A stretch of 64,000 nucleotides of DNA from assembly GCA_951406725.2 (NCBI GenBank), contig OX597820.1, positions 67,332,001 to 67,396,000 of the forward strand, given 5' to 3'. Shown piece by piece: positions 1 to 12,060 of the stretch. Position 1 is the stretch's first letter. Each line of letters opens with the position of its first letter. The translations under genes and the position numbers were made by a program. The notes below the pieces were generated by a model that did not search any database, was not told the DNA's origin, and saw nothing but the letters and a program-made list of their open reading frames with translations. This DNA comes from Octopus vulgaris. Taxonomy: Eukaryota.

Positions 1-39
1 CTTGCTACGCTACTGAGTGCAACGATTTTCTCAGTCCCT

Positions 40-470
40 AAAGATTGTTGTTTTGTTTAATTACAAGTCGTCCCTGATCAAGCAGACCTATAATCTAAAG
101 TCCCTCTACCCTTGACCATCCTGTATTATTTCGTTTTTTCAGATGCAATATATCTATGACTACATTATCCAACGAGTACTTTTGTTTAAATCAGTAGGGA
201 GTGATCTACTGGAAATTTGGCTGTTATTTCTAGCAGGGTTGAGCGATTACGTAGAAGACAATCTCATTGACTCGCGGGTTAGCGGTTACAGTATTGGGCT
301 CATGGCCGGAAGATTGTGGTTTCAATTCCTGGACTGGGTGAATCGTTGTTTTCATGAGCAAAACATTTCATTTCTAGTTCACTCAGCTGACAAAAACGAG
401 TAATTCTGCGACGGTCGAATGAGAAAAATACACACACCACAGAATCCAGGAAACCGGATTTTATGAGCCG
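40..470. repeat. Two adjacent degenerate interspersed repeats (reverse 'family E' copy, then a tRNA-derived 'family D' SINE fragment)
   Basis: Similar by eye to copies at 34715-34880 and 8450-8660 (family E) and at 63451-63690 and 11400-12060 (family D). Confidence 0.55.
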
Positions 471-529
471 AGGCCTTAGGAGGGCCCTTTGAGATATTTT
501 TTTCTTTGTACGTTGTGGTTATTTCCTGT

Positions 530-810
530 ACTTGAGAAGACATGCCAAGCTAAGTAAAATCACTGTCATTCATACATACAGGCTTATCCTTTACAGGTAC
601 CGGTGCCTCGTAAAATGCCTTCGTACCGTTGGTACATAAAAGGCACCTAGCACACTCTGTAAAGTGGTTGGCGTTTGGAAGGGCATCCAGCTGTAGAAAT
701 CATGCCACAACAGACAATTGGAGTCTGGACAGCTCCCAGGCTGGTCAGCTCTTGTCAAACCGTCCAACATGGGAAACGGACGTTAAATGGTGGTGGTGGT
801 GGTGGTGAGT
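530..810 (+). mobile_element. RTE-tail repeat (family B) fragment
   Basis: cactctgtaaagtggttggcg...ggaagggcatccagctgtagaaa...ggacgttaaa followed by a (TGG)n tail; the motif recurs more than 15 times in the window. Confidence 0.7.
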
Positions 811-1390
811 GCAATATTCGATCAGAAATACAGTATATTTTGGTATTGAAACATTTTAATTCTATTCACATTAAAGAGGTCTTATATGAATATAAATCTA
901 CCTGACGACATGACTGGTATTTTATGTAATCAATCCAGAGAAAACGAAAAATAGAAATAAAGTTCATCTCTTCTCAAAATAAGATGTTCCCCCCCCCTTT
1001 CTGTTAGGCATTCCATATTGCTAACAAACAGGAGTTATTTCCCTTTAGTCGTTTCTGACTTTAAGGAAGGTAACAGTCTAAAATATTTACATTTTCTTTT
1101 GCGATATCCTTTTAATAAAGTCCGCTTTCAAAAAAAATATATATTTGTTAATGAATGAGATGTGTGTGTGTTGACATAATGTCCTACCAACTTCAAATAT
1201 ATTTCTTTAATGTAGGTTTTAACTCGTACTACATTCATCAGCATTATCATCGTCGTCGTCGTGATTATTCTTTACCGTCCATTTTCCATGTTGGACGGTT
1301 TGACCAGAGTTGGCTAGCAGGATAACTGCACCAGGTTCCAGTCTGATTGGGCTTGGTTTTTTACGTTTGGTTTTTATTGAAACAAATATT

Positions 1391-2035
1391 ACAGTATTTC
1401 GGGACAGTCATTTTTTTTTTTTTTTTTTTGCCAAATAAACACACACGCACTATATTTTCATTCTTCACTTGTTTATTACTGCTGTTCTTTTTCTAACTCA
1501 TGCCCAGACAATGGATATGAGTTAGAATAAGAACAGTAATAAAAGAGTGAAGGACGAAAATATAGTGTGTGTGTTTATTTGGCAAAAAAAAAAAAAAATG
1601 ACCATCCTATAGGCGCAGGAGTGGCTGTGTGGTAAGTAGCTTGCTAACCAGCCACATGGTTCCAGGTTCAGTCCCACTGCGTGGCATCTTGGGCAAGTGT
1701 CTTCTGCTATAGCCCCGGGCCGACCAATGCCTTGTGAGTGAATTTGGTTGAACGGAAACTAAAAGAAGCCTGTCGTATATATGTATATATATGTATGTGT
1801 CTGTGTGTCTGTGTTTGTCCCCCTAGCATTGCTTGACACCGATGCTGGTGTGTTTACGTCCCCATCACTTAGCGGTTCGGCAAAAGAGACCGATAGAATA
1901 AGTACTGGGCTTACAAAGAATAAGTCCCGGGGTCGATTTGCTCGACTAAAGGCGGTGCTCCAGCATGGCCGCAGTCAAATGACTGATACAAGTAAAAGGA
2001 TAAAAGAGTAAGAGTATCCTGAAATAAAACACTGT
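1391..2035. mobile_element. Palindromic MITE-like element interrupted by a SINE
   Basis: Arms gtcattttt..gccaaataaacacacac..tatatttt..aactcat and atgagtt..aaaatata..gtgtgtgtttatttggc..aaaaatgac are reverse complements; the right arm resumes after the SINE at 2016. Confidence 0.7.
1612..2015 (+). mobile_element. Full-length tRNA-derived SINE (family A; probably octopus OR-type CORE-like SINE)
   Basis: A box TGGCTGTGTGG, B box GGTTCAGTCC, CORE-like cttgggcaagtg, internal TA/TG microsatellite, (GAGTAA)-type tail; atcct duplicated on both sides. Confidence 0.85.
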
Positions 2036-3899
2036 GTGTGTGTGTGCGCACGCATAAATGCATGCACACACACACATATATATCAACCCATGCTAGCGTG
2101 GAAAGCTGACGTTAAACGATGATGATGATGATGATGATTATGATGATATATACAAAAATCTTCCACACAGTCGCATCTACAAAATTCACTCACAATGCTT
2201 TGGTTGACCCAGGGCTACAATAGAAGACACTTGCCCACAGGGTGCTGTGCTCTGGAACTGAACTTGAAACCAAATGGTTGCAAAGCAAGTTTCTTAACCA
2301 CGAGCACATCACGATAAACATTTTCTGTCTCACTTTCTTCTGAAATTCCTTATCTTGATGCACTTTTTTGCTATTCTAATAACTCTTCTACATCACAATA
2401 TGTAAGTCAGTGGTATTGGTCTTCTTATGGATTGTCTCAAAATATTAGATTTATTCAGTTTTTGTCATAATTGTTAAAAAGAAACTCCTTTGTAAAATCT
2501 TTCTTTGTGTAGGCTCAGGCGGTTAAGAAGCTTATTTCCTGTCCACTTGGTTACTGGTTCATTCCCACTTAGGTCTCTCCTACTGTTGCCTCAGATCAAC
2601 CAAAGCAATGTGAGTGAATTTAGTAGATGGAAACTGAAAGAAGCCTGTCATATGTGTGTGTGTGCGTGTATGTACATGTGCTTGTGTGTATGTGTTTTTG
2701 TGTGTGTGTGTGGATGTGTGTGTCTGTGTATGTGTGTGTATCTTGCCATTGTGTGATGGTTGTGAATGAGTGTCACTGTCATACAAGCACAGTAATTCAT
2801 TTCCAATATTTTGTGCAAACATGGGAGAAACATTACCTTGCTCGGGAAACAGATGAGGGTTGACAATAGGAAGGGTATCAGACCATAGAAAATCTGTGTC
2901 AAGTAAGCCTGTCTGACCCCTTTACAGCATAGAAAGGAGAATATTAAAACGATGATGATGGTGATGGTGGTGATGATGATGACGACGATGATGATCCATT
3001 CAGGTTTGAGTGTCACTGCACCTATTTAATCATTTATTTTCTTAGCATTTGTATTTTAATTTTCACTTTCATTTCTCTTCCTTATTATTATCACATTTAA
3101 ATTTACATTTTCTTTTATACAAAGTTTAAAGAATTTCTTTATGCTGAAAGTGAACAAAAACTCTGGATATGGATTTTTCAAAAAATCCTTCTTGTTCACC
3201 TTAAGATAATGCTTGTTCACTTCTGAATAATGCTAAAAAGATTTGATCCAATTAACTTGCCTATGTTGTGTTCAATGCAGTTAGGAAGTTATCAAAAACA
3301 AGATTTTCCACACCTGTCATAAAATGGCAATTTTGTACTGATTCACCCAGATCTTGCTCTGTTCACCTCAGTAACCAATATATGGTTGATATAATACCTT
3401 CAAGTCACTCTTTCATTCCTTCACCCACGAAATATAAACAATATTCAAACACATGTCTCAATCATATTTACCACTAACTCTTTGTAAACGAATAGTGCTG
3501 TGATAGATTGAAAGACATTTAATTATAAACATCTGTTTTAATAGCTGATGTCAGCTGTTTGTAATGTTTTTTTTTAAATAAATGAAACCCACAGCTGCTA
3601 GTTCTAACCTAAAAAGTTTCAAAGCTACAAATGGGTGCTGAAAAGTTTCTTCTCTTTAAAGTTATTGCAAAAGTCCTGGCTGGAGACCCAGCGTTCCAAG
3701 TTCTTTTACAGAGCTTAAAAAAACTGAAGGCCCACTGCAGTAAGTGTGTGAATCTGAGAGGGGAACATGTTGAATAAAATCATAATTAACTGATCTTCTT
3801 GTATTTTCTTTATCCCAAAGCCAAGAACTTTTCAGCACACGCCCTTGTAGTAACAACAGAACATTTACTTGTGGGGGTAAGTCAATACTGAGAGTATAC

Positions 3900-4290
3900 T
3901 CTTACTCTCTTTTACTTGTTTCAGTCATTTGACTGTGGCCATGCTGTAGCACCGCCTTTAGTTGAGCAAATCAACCCCAGGACTTATTCTTTGTAAGCCT
4001 AGTACTTATTCTATCGGTCTCTTTTGCCAAACTGCTAAGTTATGGAGACGTAAACACACCAGCATCGGTTGTCAAGCGATGTTGGAGGGACGAACACAGA
4101 CACACAAACATATACACACACATACACATATATATGACGGGCTTCTTTCAGTTTCTGTCTACAAAATCCACTCACAAGGCTTTGGTCAGCCCAAGGCTAT
4201 AGTAGACGACACCCAAGGTGCCATGCAGTGGGACTGAACCCAGAACCATGTGGTTAGTAAGTAAGCTGCTTAACACACAGCCACTCCTGC
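3900..4290 (-). mobile_element. SINE family A, full length
   Basis: Reverse complement of 1612-2015 over its whole length. Confidence 0.85.
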
Positions 4291-5029
4291 ATGCAGTCAA
4301 ATTTCTCATAAATTTGGTGTTGACTGGGACTTCAAATTTTAAGTGATGGCTTATTTAACCGTAAATGTATACATCATCATCATTCAACATGTTTTATGGA
4401 CAGATTCCTTGCTAGTCATCTCTCATGACATGCAATGGCACAAGGCACATACACTAAGACACCAGAATACATATGATACCTGTCCAAACAAGAAGCCAGT
4501 CTTTTAATACACAGTTGTTATTGTATGTCATGGATGTAAACCTAAGATTGATAAGATGTTAATTCAAAAACTTTGCATCAATGTTACACTAAATACCTCC
4601 ATTTATTTTTCTTCTTTCTTCTTCTTGCTCTAGAAGAGGTGATGTTCTGAAAGACTAATTTGGTATTTATTTATTCTCAAGTTGCCCTTTCTTTTACTTG
4701 TTTCAGTCACTGGACTGCAGCCATGCTGGAGCACTACCTTGAAGGGTTTTAGGAAGGGCATCCAGTTGTATAAACTATGCCAAATCAGACTGGAGTCAGG
4801 TGCAGCTCCCCAGCTTGCCAGCTCTGGTCAAACTGTCCAACCCATGCCAGCATGGACAACAGACGTTAAATGATGATGATGAGAAATAAATCTCCAGTGC
4901 TTATTTTTTAAAGCCTAGTGCTTATTCTATCTGTCTCATTTGTTAAACTGCTTACAGGGACATAAACAAACCAACACCAGTTATCAAGCAGCAGTGGGAT
5001 AGACACACACACATGGCAATACAAATTGT

Positions 5030-5145
5030 CTACTTGTTTTCCTGTGATTAATCAAATGATGGAGACTTCTCTGATGAGACACCAAAGAGGGTTGAAAATC
5101 AACTGAGGATGTTCCTCACTTTCTTAATCTACAGAGAAACAGTTA
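5030..5145 (+). mobile_element. Penelope-like remnant with a degenerate hammerhead core
   Basis: CTGATGA-gacacc..gggtt-GAAA flanked by imperfect inverted arms (ttgttttcctgtgattaa / ttaatctacagagaaacag). Confidence 0.4.
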
Positions 5146-5403
5146 AATTTGTCATATTTGTATGTCAGCAAAAACAAGTGACATCATAAAATTTAGAACC
5201 AATCAGAAGTTGAGCCTTTACCGTAAAAACCTATACATACAAAGCAATCATAACTCTCACCAACAAAACCAGTGACAAAGAATCCTCTTTCATGCACTAC
5301 AACAGAAATTATAAAAACCCTTTTTTTTTGTTTGTTTTCACTTCAATATGGCTGTTCCACATGAACAGACATAACTGCATTACTGAACATTCAATCATGC
5401 ATG

Positions 5404-5772
5404 ACTCTCTTTTACTCTTTTACTTGTTCCAGTCATTTGACTGTGGCCATGCTGGAGCACCACCTTTAGTCAAGCAAATCAACGCCAGGACTTATTCTTT
5501 GGAAGCCTAGTACTTATTCTATCAGTCTCTTTTGCCAAAACACACCACCATTGGTTGTCAAGCGATGTTGAGGGGACAAACACAGACACAGACATATATA
5601 CACACATACATATATATGACAGGCTTCTTTCAGCTTCCATCTACCAAATCCACTCACAAGGCTTTGGTCAGCCCGAGGCTATAGTAGAAGATACTTGCCC
5701 TAAGTGCCACGCAGTGGGAACGAACCCAGAACCATGTGGTTGGTAAGCAAGCTACTTACCACACAGCCACTA
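5404..5772 (-). mobile_element. SINE family A
   Basis: Reverse complement of the family A sequence, with a small internal deletion. Confidence 0.85.
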
Positions 5773-6186
5773 CTAACCAGTTAACAATACAACCTGCATC
5801 CGATATATTGCAAACAGGGGAGCAGAACAGCCATGTTGAAGTGGTGACAAACATTACTTGCCAGTACAGTTACCGCTTTCATCTCTTAGAGGTTCTATAA
5901 CTAGCTGCTTTGCTTTTCTTTCTCTTGTTTTTCTTACTCTTTTAAAAACTTAATTATATCTAATTGTTAATATAACTCAATATTACTGAACATTCAAACA
6001 TGCAATACTGTTATGAAAATCATCAAACATTTGATCTTTTATTACTATCTATCTCTGTGAAACTCATTGAATATTGGAATTTGTATGAGTATTTGAGCTT
6101 TTAAGCATGCTTTTCTGAATTTTTCTTCATAACTTTAACCTCTGCCAAAACCATTTTTTTAATTTTTTTTTTATTTACCACTGATA

Positions 6187-6723
6187 GGCACAGGAGTGGC
6201 TGTGTGGTAAGTAGCTTGCTTACCAACCACATGATTCTGGGTTCAGTCCCACTATGTGGCACCTTGGTTAAGTGTCTTCTACTATAGCCTTGGGCCAACC
6301 AAAGCCTTGTGAGTGGATCTGGTAGACGGAAACTGAAAGAAGCCCATTGTATATATAGAGGATGAAATCGGCAATGGCTTCATAACTACTGTCTCGGCTA
6401 TAACCTTGGAGCCCTTGTAATCTGTTACAGCACTTACCTAGCATACCTAATCATTTAGCTCACCTGTGAACTAAACCCTCATATTTTGTGTGTGTGTGTG
6501 TGTGTGTGTATGTGTGCGCGCGTATTTATTTTCCCCAACATCGCTTGACAACCGATGCTGGTGTGTTTACGTCCCTGTAACTTAGCGGTTCAGCTATAGA
6601 CACCAATAGAATAAGTACGAAGCTTACAAAGAATAAGTCCTGGGGTCAATTTGCTTGACTAAAGGCAGTGCTCAAGCATGGCCACAGTCAAAATGACTGA
6701 AACAAATAAAAGAATAAAAGAAT
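6187..6723 (+). mobile_element. SINE family A with an ~120 bp insertion in its microsatellite
   Basis: A/B boxes at 6197-6250; the 3' half resumes at about 6520. Confidence 0.8.
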
Positions 6724-7038
6724 TGATAAAAAAAAACTTGTCAAAACTGGTTTGGTATTTTAACAAACCTGATACACAATTTTAAAACAACCACGTTTTA
6801 ATAATCAGGTGCATTTTCAACCTCCAAGACGAACCTTGCCTATATTCTTTCCTGTGCGGGAATACACTTCTTTTCTCCATACATACATATATATATATAC
6901 ATATATTATATTAAATTAGAGATAAAACCACTATTAGGCAAATCATACAATGAAAAACTTAAGCCAATACATAAGATTAATTAATTTATATTATTTTAAA
7001 TATATATCAAAATTATTAAAAAAAGATAATTAGTATAA

Positions 7039-7100
7039 CACTACGATCGTTTCATGGCTGTCCAATTCGTAAAATTCGAGTTACAGTCATTCTTCAGGTG
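7039..7100 (-). ncRNA. Minimal type I hammerhead ribozyme motif (Penelope-associated)
   Basis: Minus strand reads CAC-CUGAAGA-AUGACUGU...ACAGCCAU-GAAA-CGAUCG-UA-GUG: intact core, paired stems I and II, palindromic stem III, GUA cleavage triplet. Confidence 0.75.
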
Positions 7101-7907
7101 ATTGAAATATTTAACTTATCGAGGTTTAATCAATGAACTATATATACATATATATAATTTGGCATCTTTGTGTTAAACTACATAAAACTATCAGAATACC
7201 TCATCTATTGTAAAAATAAATTTGTATCTCTGATCAACCCTCATTGAGCAAATTGATGATGCAAGGTTTCAATCTCGACCATTCTTTCATTTTTGTTTTT
7301 AGTTACAGTATAACTGTAACTTCATTATCTGATGTAGCATTTTTTTCTAAAAAGAAATGAAGCATGTGAATTGAAGGAGATTTGTCTGTTGTTTCTAAAA
7401 GCTCAATGGTATGGAAAGAAGTAGTAGTTAGATCTCAGAATACTAGGTAAAACAGCAGAAATGATAAAAGACCAAGAGTAATTGTGACACACACTACAAA
7501 TGACTAATGACTAATGATTGAATGGGAAAATAAAAACACTAAAACAATGATGATGATGATGGTGAGTTGGTCTTTAATGGCATTTTATTTCCAAGCATAA
7601 AAGTGTAGCATATTTGAATTTCATTACAAAATTTATAATTGGACATCTCATTAACATGGTTACAAAGGATAGAATGATTTGGCCGAGTCATCGGGACCCT
7701 GAATGAAATGACTTGTGGTATTTAGTTATATAATCCTTAACATTTTTATTTTGAATCAGGTTGGCTTTCCCTTTAATCTTTAGTAGTGGTGGTGGAATTA
7801 AAATAGGTACCAGTAAAATACTAGGGTCCATATTATCAACTATACCCAACCCAAAACTTGAAGCTGTGTGCCTGTGTAAAAATCAATATGGACATACATC
7901 GGTGCTT

Positions 7908-8380
7908 TAACTCGTTAAAATTTAATCTAGCCATATCTGGTCCAAATATTCTGCCTGTCTTATGTTCAAATTGACCAGATCTGGCCTTTCTCACCTACCC
8001 TACAATGTCATTCTAAAAATAAACAAGTCTTGCAACTCAAGATAGAGGTCCTTTCCGAGTTATATAAACTCAAATGGAGCCAGTTTCCCAGTTTCCATGG
8101 CGCATATATTTTTATACTCCCCGCGCCCTGGATGGAGCACCAGTCTGTCACAAGATACTCATTTTTACCAGCTGAGTGGACTGGAGTAATGGGAAATGAA
8201 GTGTCTTGCTCAAGAACACAACACATCACCCCGTCTAGGAATCGAAACCACAATCTTACCATCATAAGTCCAACACCCTGACCACTAATTCATGCAACTA
8301 CAAGAAAATGCATGATTAATTCAAAACAATATGAATAAAGAAGTGTTACATTTGACAAAATAATCTAAATGCTAGAGTTA
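7908..8380. mobile_element. piggyBac-like MITE with a nested family D SINE (8040-8300, -)
   Basis: Ends ttaactc...gagttaa; body similar to copies at 37922-38140 and 41805-41995. Confidence 0.5.
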
Positions 8381-8790
8381 AGGATAAACTGAATAACATG
8401 TAGGGGTGAAATATTTTTCAAGACCACATTCACTAAATCTGGTGATAAAAGGGAGCCTGCATGTAGCTGCTCAACCTGCTAGAAAATGCAGCCAATTTTC
8501 CCTTAAATCACACTCAACTAACATAAAAATAGGAATGACACGATTGACGTGGTAGTTCTAAATATACAGGTCTGTATATTTAGGGTTGGTTGCGACTGGA
8601 GCACCTTCCATCAAAGGTTTGCTAAATCAGGATTGACAAGGAGCTGAACAATATGGTGATATGACATTATGGGAAAATTTATGTAACCAATCAGAGCATG
8701 GAAAAAAAAATGGATTGAACTAGATTGGAAGGGATGAGGTATTTGTATTAAAAAGAAAAAGAAATCCCAGAACTTTGAACGATAGGTACA

Positions 8791-9185
8791 GGCATGGCTG
8801 TGAGGTTAAGAAGCTTGCTACCAACTATGTGGTTTTGGGTTCTATCCCACTGCACAGCACACTAGGCTTCTACTATAACCCTCGGCTGAGCAATGTCTTG
8901 AGAGGGAATTTGACAGATGGATACTGGAGGGAAGCTTGTCGTATATGGGGTGGGGGTGCATGCAACTATGTTTGGTCCCACACCGCCACTTGACAACCAG
9001 TGTTTGTTTGTTTACATCCCTGTAACTTAGCTGTTTGGTAAAAGAGACAAATAGAATAAATCCCAGACTTTATAAACAAAAATTTATAAACTGGGGTTAA
9101 TTTGTTTGACTAAACCCTTCAAGGCGGTGCCCCAGCATGGCCACAGTCCAATGACTAAAACAAGGTAAAAAAGAAATGATAAAAG
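8791..9185 (+). mobile_element. Diverged SINE family A
   Basis: Recognisable head, core and tail, more diverged than the copy at 1612. Confidence 0.7.
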
Positions 9186-9426
9186 ATGTGCCTCAAGAAT
9201 GATTCTGAATGAAAAACTATTTTAATAAGATTATAATTTGGGACACTATTAACAACTATCTTTAGAAATAACATTTTCGTCTTTTTTTTTTTAGCTTTTT
9301 TTTTTTTTTTACAATAATTGAAGCTACATGAGATGGCAAATTAGCAGAGTTAATAGATAAGCCCATTTAATTAATACATGAATGAAGTGTCTTTTTGGTT
9401 GTTCCTTTCTTTCAAAGAGTAAATCA

Positions 9427-10220
9427 TTAACCCTTTAGGTACCTGCCTGAGACCATTCCTGAATCTATGATAACAAAATTCTCATTCAAAAGAAAATGAT
9501 TTAAATTAAAAGCTTTCATCAAAATTCCATGCTACTTAACATTCCAAACAACAGCTTAATAATGACAAAAATATTGGGCTGTCCGGAAAGTTTGTGCCGA
9601 TTTATAGTAGCTTACCTTTCGACTTATTTTAGAACATGGTTGAATCCATAAAATAGGATTTGACTACACCTCCATTTAGAGCACAGTTTAAGCTATCTTT
9701 TTGTGGAAGAAGGTTTATGTTCCTATAACCTGTGTTAATTCTGTAACCCTTTAAAATGGAAGATAAGAAAGTTCATTTTCGACACTTTAAGTTTTGGGAA
9801 CCAGGCAAAAATTGCTGCAGCTCGGCTGGGATGTGTTACCCCCACCCTCCATATTCACCAGATATTGCTCCTTTGGATTTCCACTAATTCAGGTCTCTGC
9901 AGAATAGTCTTAATGGTAAAAATTTCAATTCCTTGGATGACGTAAAAAGATACCATGATGAATTCTTTGCCATGAAACCACCTCAATTCTGGGAAGAAGG
10001 TATTTTCAAGTTAAAGGAAAGATGGAGATGCATTGTGCAACAAAATGGTTCATATTTGGTTGATTAAAAATGTAATGACAAGTATTTACTGAGACTTTTT
10101 CTTTGCTTTAAAAATCGGCACGAACTTTCCAGACAACCCAATACTTTACTAAATTATTTTCAAAATTAATTGAAACAAAGACAGGGTATTTCAACAGAAA
10201 TATGGCAATAAAAGGGTTAC
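9427..10220. mobile_element. piggyBac-like MITE hosting a mariner insertion
   Basis: ttaaccctt ... aagggtta ends; body homologous to the reverse of 60290-60513. Confidence 0.55.
9574..10141 (+). mobile_element. Internally deleted mariner transposon
   Basis: TA TSDs; ~30 bp TIRs ttgggctgtccggaaagtttgtgccgattt / aaatcggcacgaactttccagacaacccaa; N-terminal MEDKKVHFRH joined to the C-terminal part GWDVLPHPPYSPDIAPLDFH*FRSLQN...WRCIVQQNGSYLVD. Confidence 0.9.
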
Positions 10221-11399
10221 GATGACTCCTACAGTAAAGTCTGTCTAAATTAGGGCTTTGTTCTTGATGGTAATCAAATTAACAATGCTGTCCGTTGAAC
10301 CATCTAATCATTCTACTAGCTTTGCTAATTTTTGTACAGCAAGTTCTCCTCTAAATGAATATAAAAGCAAAATGAATCAAACCAGACTTCAGTCTTTTGT
10401 TTTTCTTCCAGATGAGAAATGATTTGGTATTTTTGAAAGTGGTGCCCTATTTTGTTCCAATATGGAATTTGGTACTCATTTATCCTCAGTCCAGAAGCAA
10501 ACAAATTCAGTTCTTCCCTTTGAAAATAATTTGAAATAGTTCCAATGGTTCCAGTGAACCAGAGATAGTTGTTTCATCATTAACCCATATATACCCCTGG
10601 ATGCATTTTCACAACGCAAAACCTGCTCCTACTTGTGTTGGACGTGAACATGCCAGGAAGCATCTCACTGAACATACGAAATGTTCAGTAGGTAGTCGAC
10701 ACCCATAGCTAACAGTTGCATATTGTCCTTCTCTTCCAGATTGTGAAAGCTTACCATAACGTTTAATCTAAATACAGTGAGACTTTTTATGGGCATATAT
10801 GGGTTACGGTTACATTTTGATTCAATGCATGCTGCTGCTGTGAAGCTTAAATATTTTCCACGTGGAAAAGAGGACCAGACTTTCACCAACAATTAGTTGG
10901 TTCCTAAACCTCTGATGATGTAACCTGAATAAATTAGTCATAATAAAGTTTGTATGTTGAGACACACCACACCTGTTAATCCATTTACTTCACTCATTTC
11001 AAGTGAGAAGGCTAGCTAATATGATACAGTCCCAGGGTTGCTGAACTAAATATGTATCAGATAGTCTTTTATCATCTTGCCTCTTCTACTCCTGAGGGGA
11101 TGGGTCATATCCCATCAGGGTAAATATATCCCTGTGGAGACAGGAATAAACTTTGATCTTCTCACACAATGTACAATGGTTAACAAATACTAAATAAAGG
11201 TATCATCATCATCATTGTTCAACCGTGGTCGAGACAATGGAATTCACCATGCTACGCCAGACTTCACGGTCCATCATGGCATTACGGAGGTCCTGTTGCT
11301 GGATGCCTGTATCCCTGGAGATTACATCAGGGTAGGAGAGTGTGCACCCTCTGTATTGCGAGTAGATGGCTTCCAGAGGAGAAGAGTAGAAATTACTTG

Positions 11400-12060
11400 A
11401 TGGTATGGGTCCCAGTGGTTAGCATGCAAGGCTCAAAATCATAAGATTGTGGTTTCAGTTCCTGGAGGAGGTGGTGCTGTGTCCTTAAGTAAAGAACTTC
11501 CTTTTCCATTGCTCCAGTCTGCTCACCTGTAAATGAGTACCAACAATAGCTGGAAGATCCCCTTGTAACAGACTGGTGTCCCTTCCAGTGAACGCCTTCA
11601 ACAGCAAGAGTAACACTGACCCAACAACACTTACTTTCTGCTGCAGGAAGTCTATCATGACAGCCCAAGTCATACTGTCAGCCACAACTTGATGAATACC
11701 CAAGCACTAGTCACAGTCATGTGAAGGAGCATGACCCAGTAGGTAGAGCGTCAGGCTCATAATCATGAGGTAGTGAGTTCAATACTTGAACCAGGCTGTA
11801 TGTTGTATTCTTGAGCAAGACGCTTTATTTCACATTGCTCCAGTTCACTCGACCGTAGAAATGAGTTGTGATGTCACTGGTGCCTAGCTGTATAGACTTT
11901 TGCTTTTCCCTACGATAACATCAGTGGCATGGAGAGACGAGGCTGGTAAGCATGGGTGACTGCTGATTTTCCATAAACAACCTTTCCCGGACTTGTGCTT
12001 CGGAGGGGAACATTCTAGGTGCAGTCCCATGGTCATTTATGACCAAAGGGGTTTTTACTC
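11400..12060 (+). mobile_element. Two tandem tRNA-derived SINEs (family D)
   Basis: Two heads (cagtggttagc..ggtttcagttcc; cagtaggtagagcg..gagttcaatac), each followed by cattgctccagt..cac. Confidence 0.65.

Noticed and set aside
1612-1690. tRNA-like A/B boxes
   Set aside because: SINE heads; no complete cloverleaf, so not called as tRNA genes.
1781-2011. Recurrent similar short ORFs (e.g. 3962, 5555, 19216, 29340, 37334, 45957)
   Set aside because: All lie inside SINE family A copies; the similarity reflects the repeat, not a protein family.
10230-10900. Possible old LINE fragment downstream of ZNF1
   Set aside because: No diagnostic RT or endonuclease motif could be read with confidence by eye.
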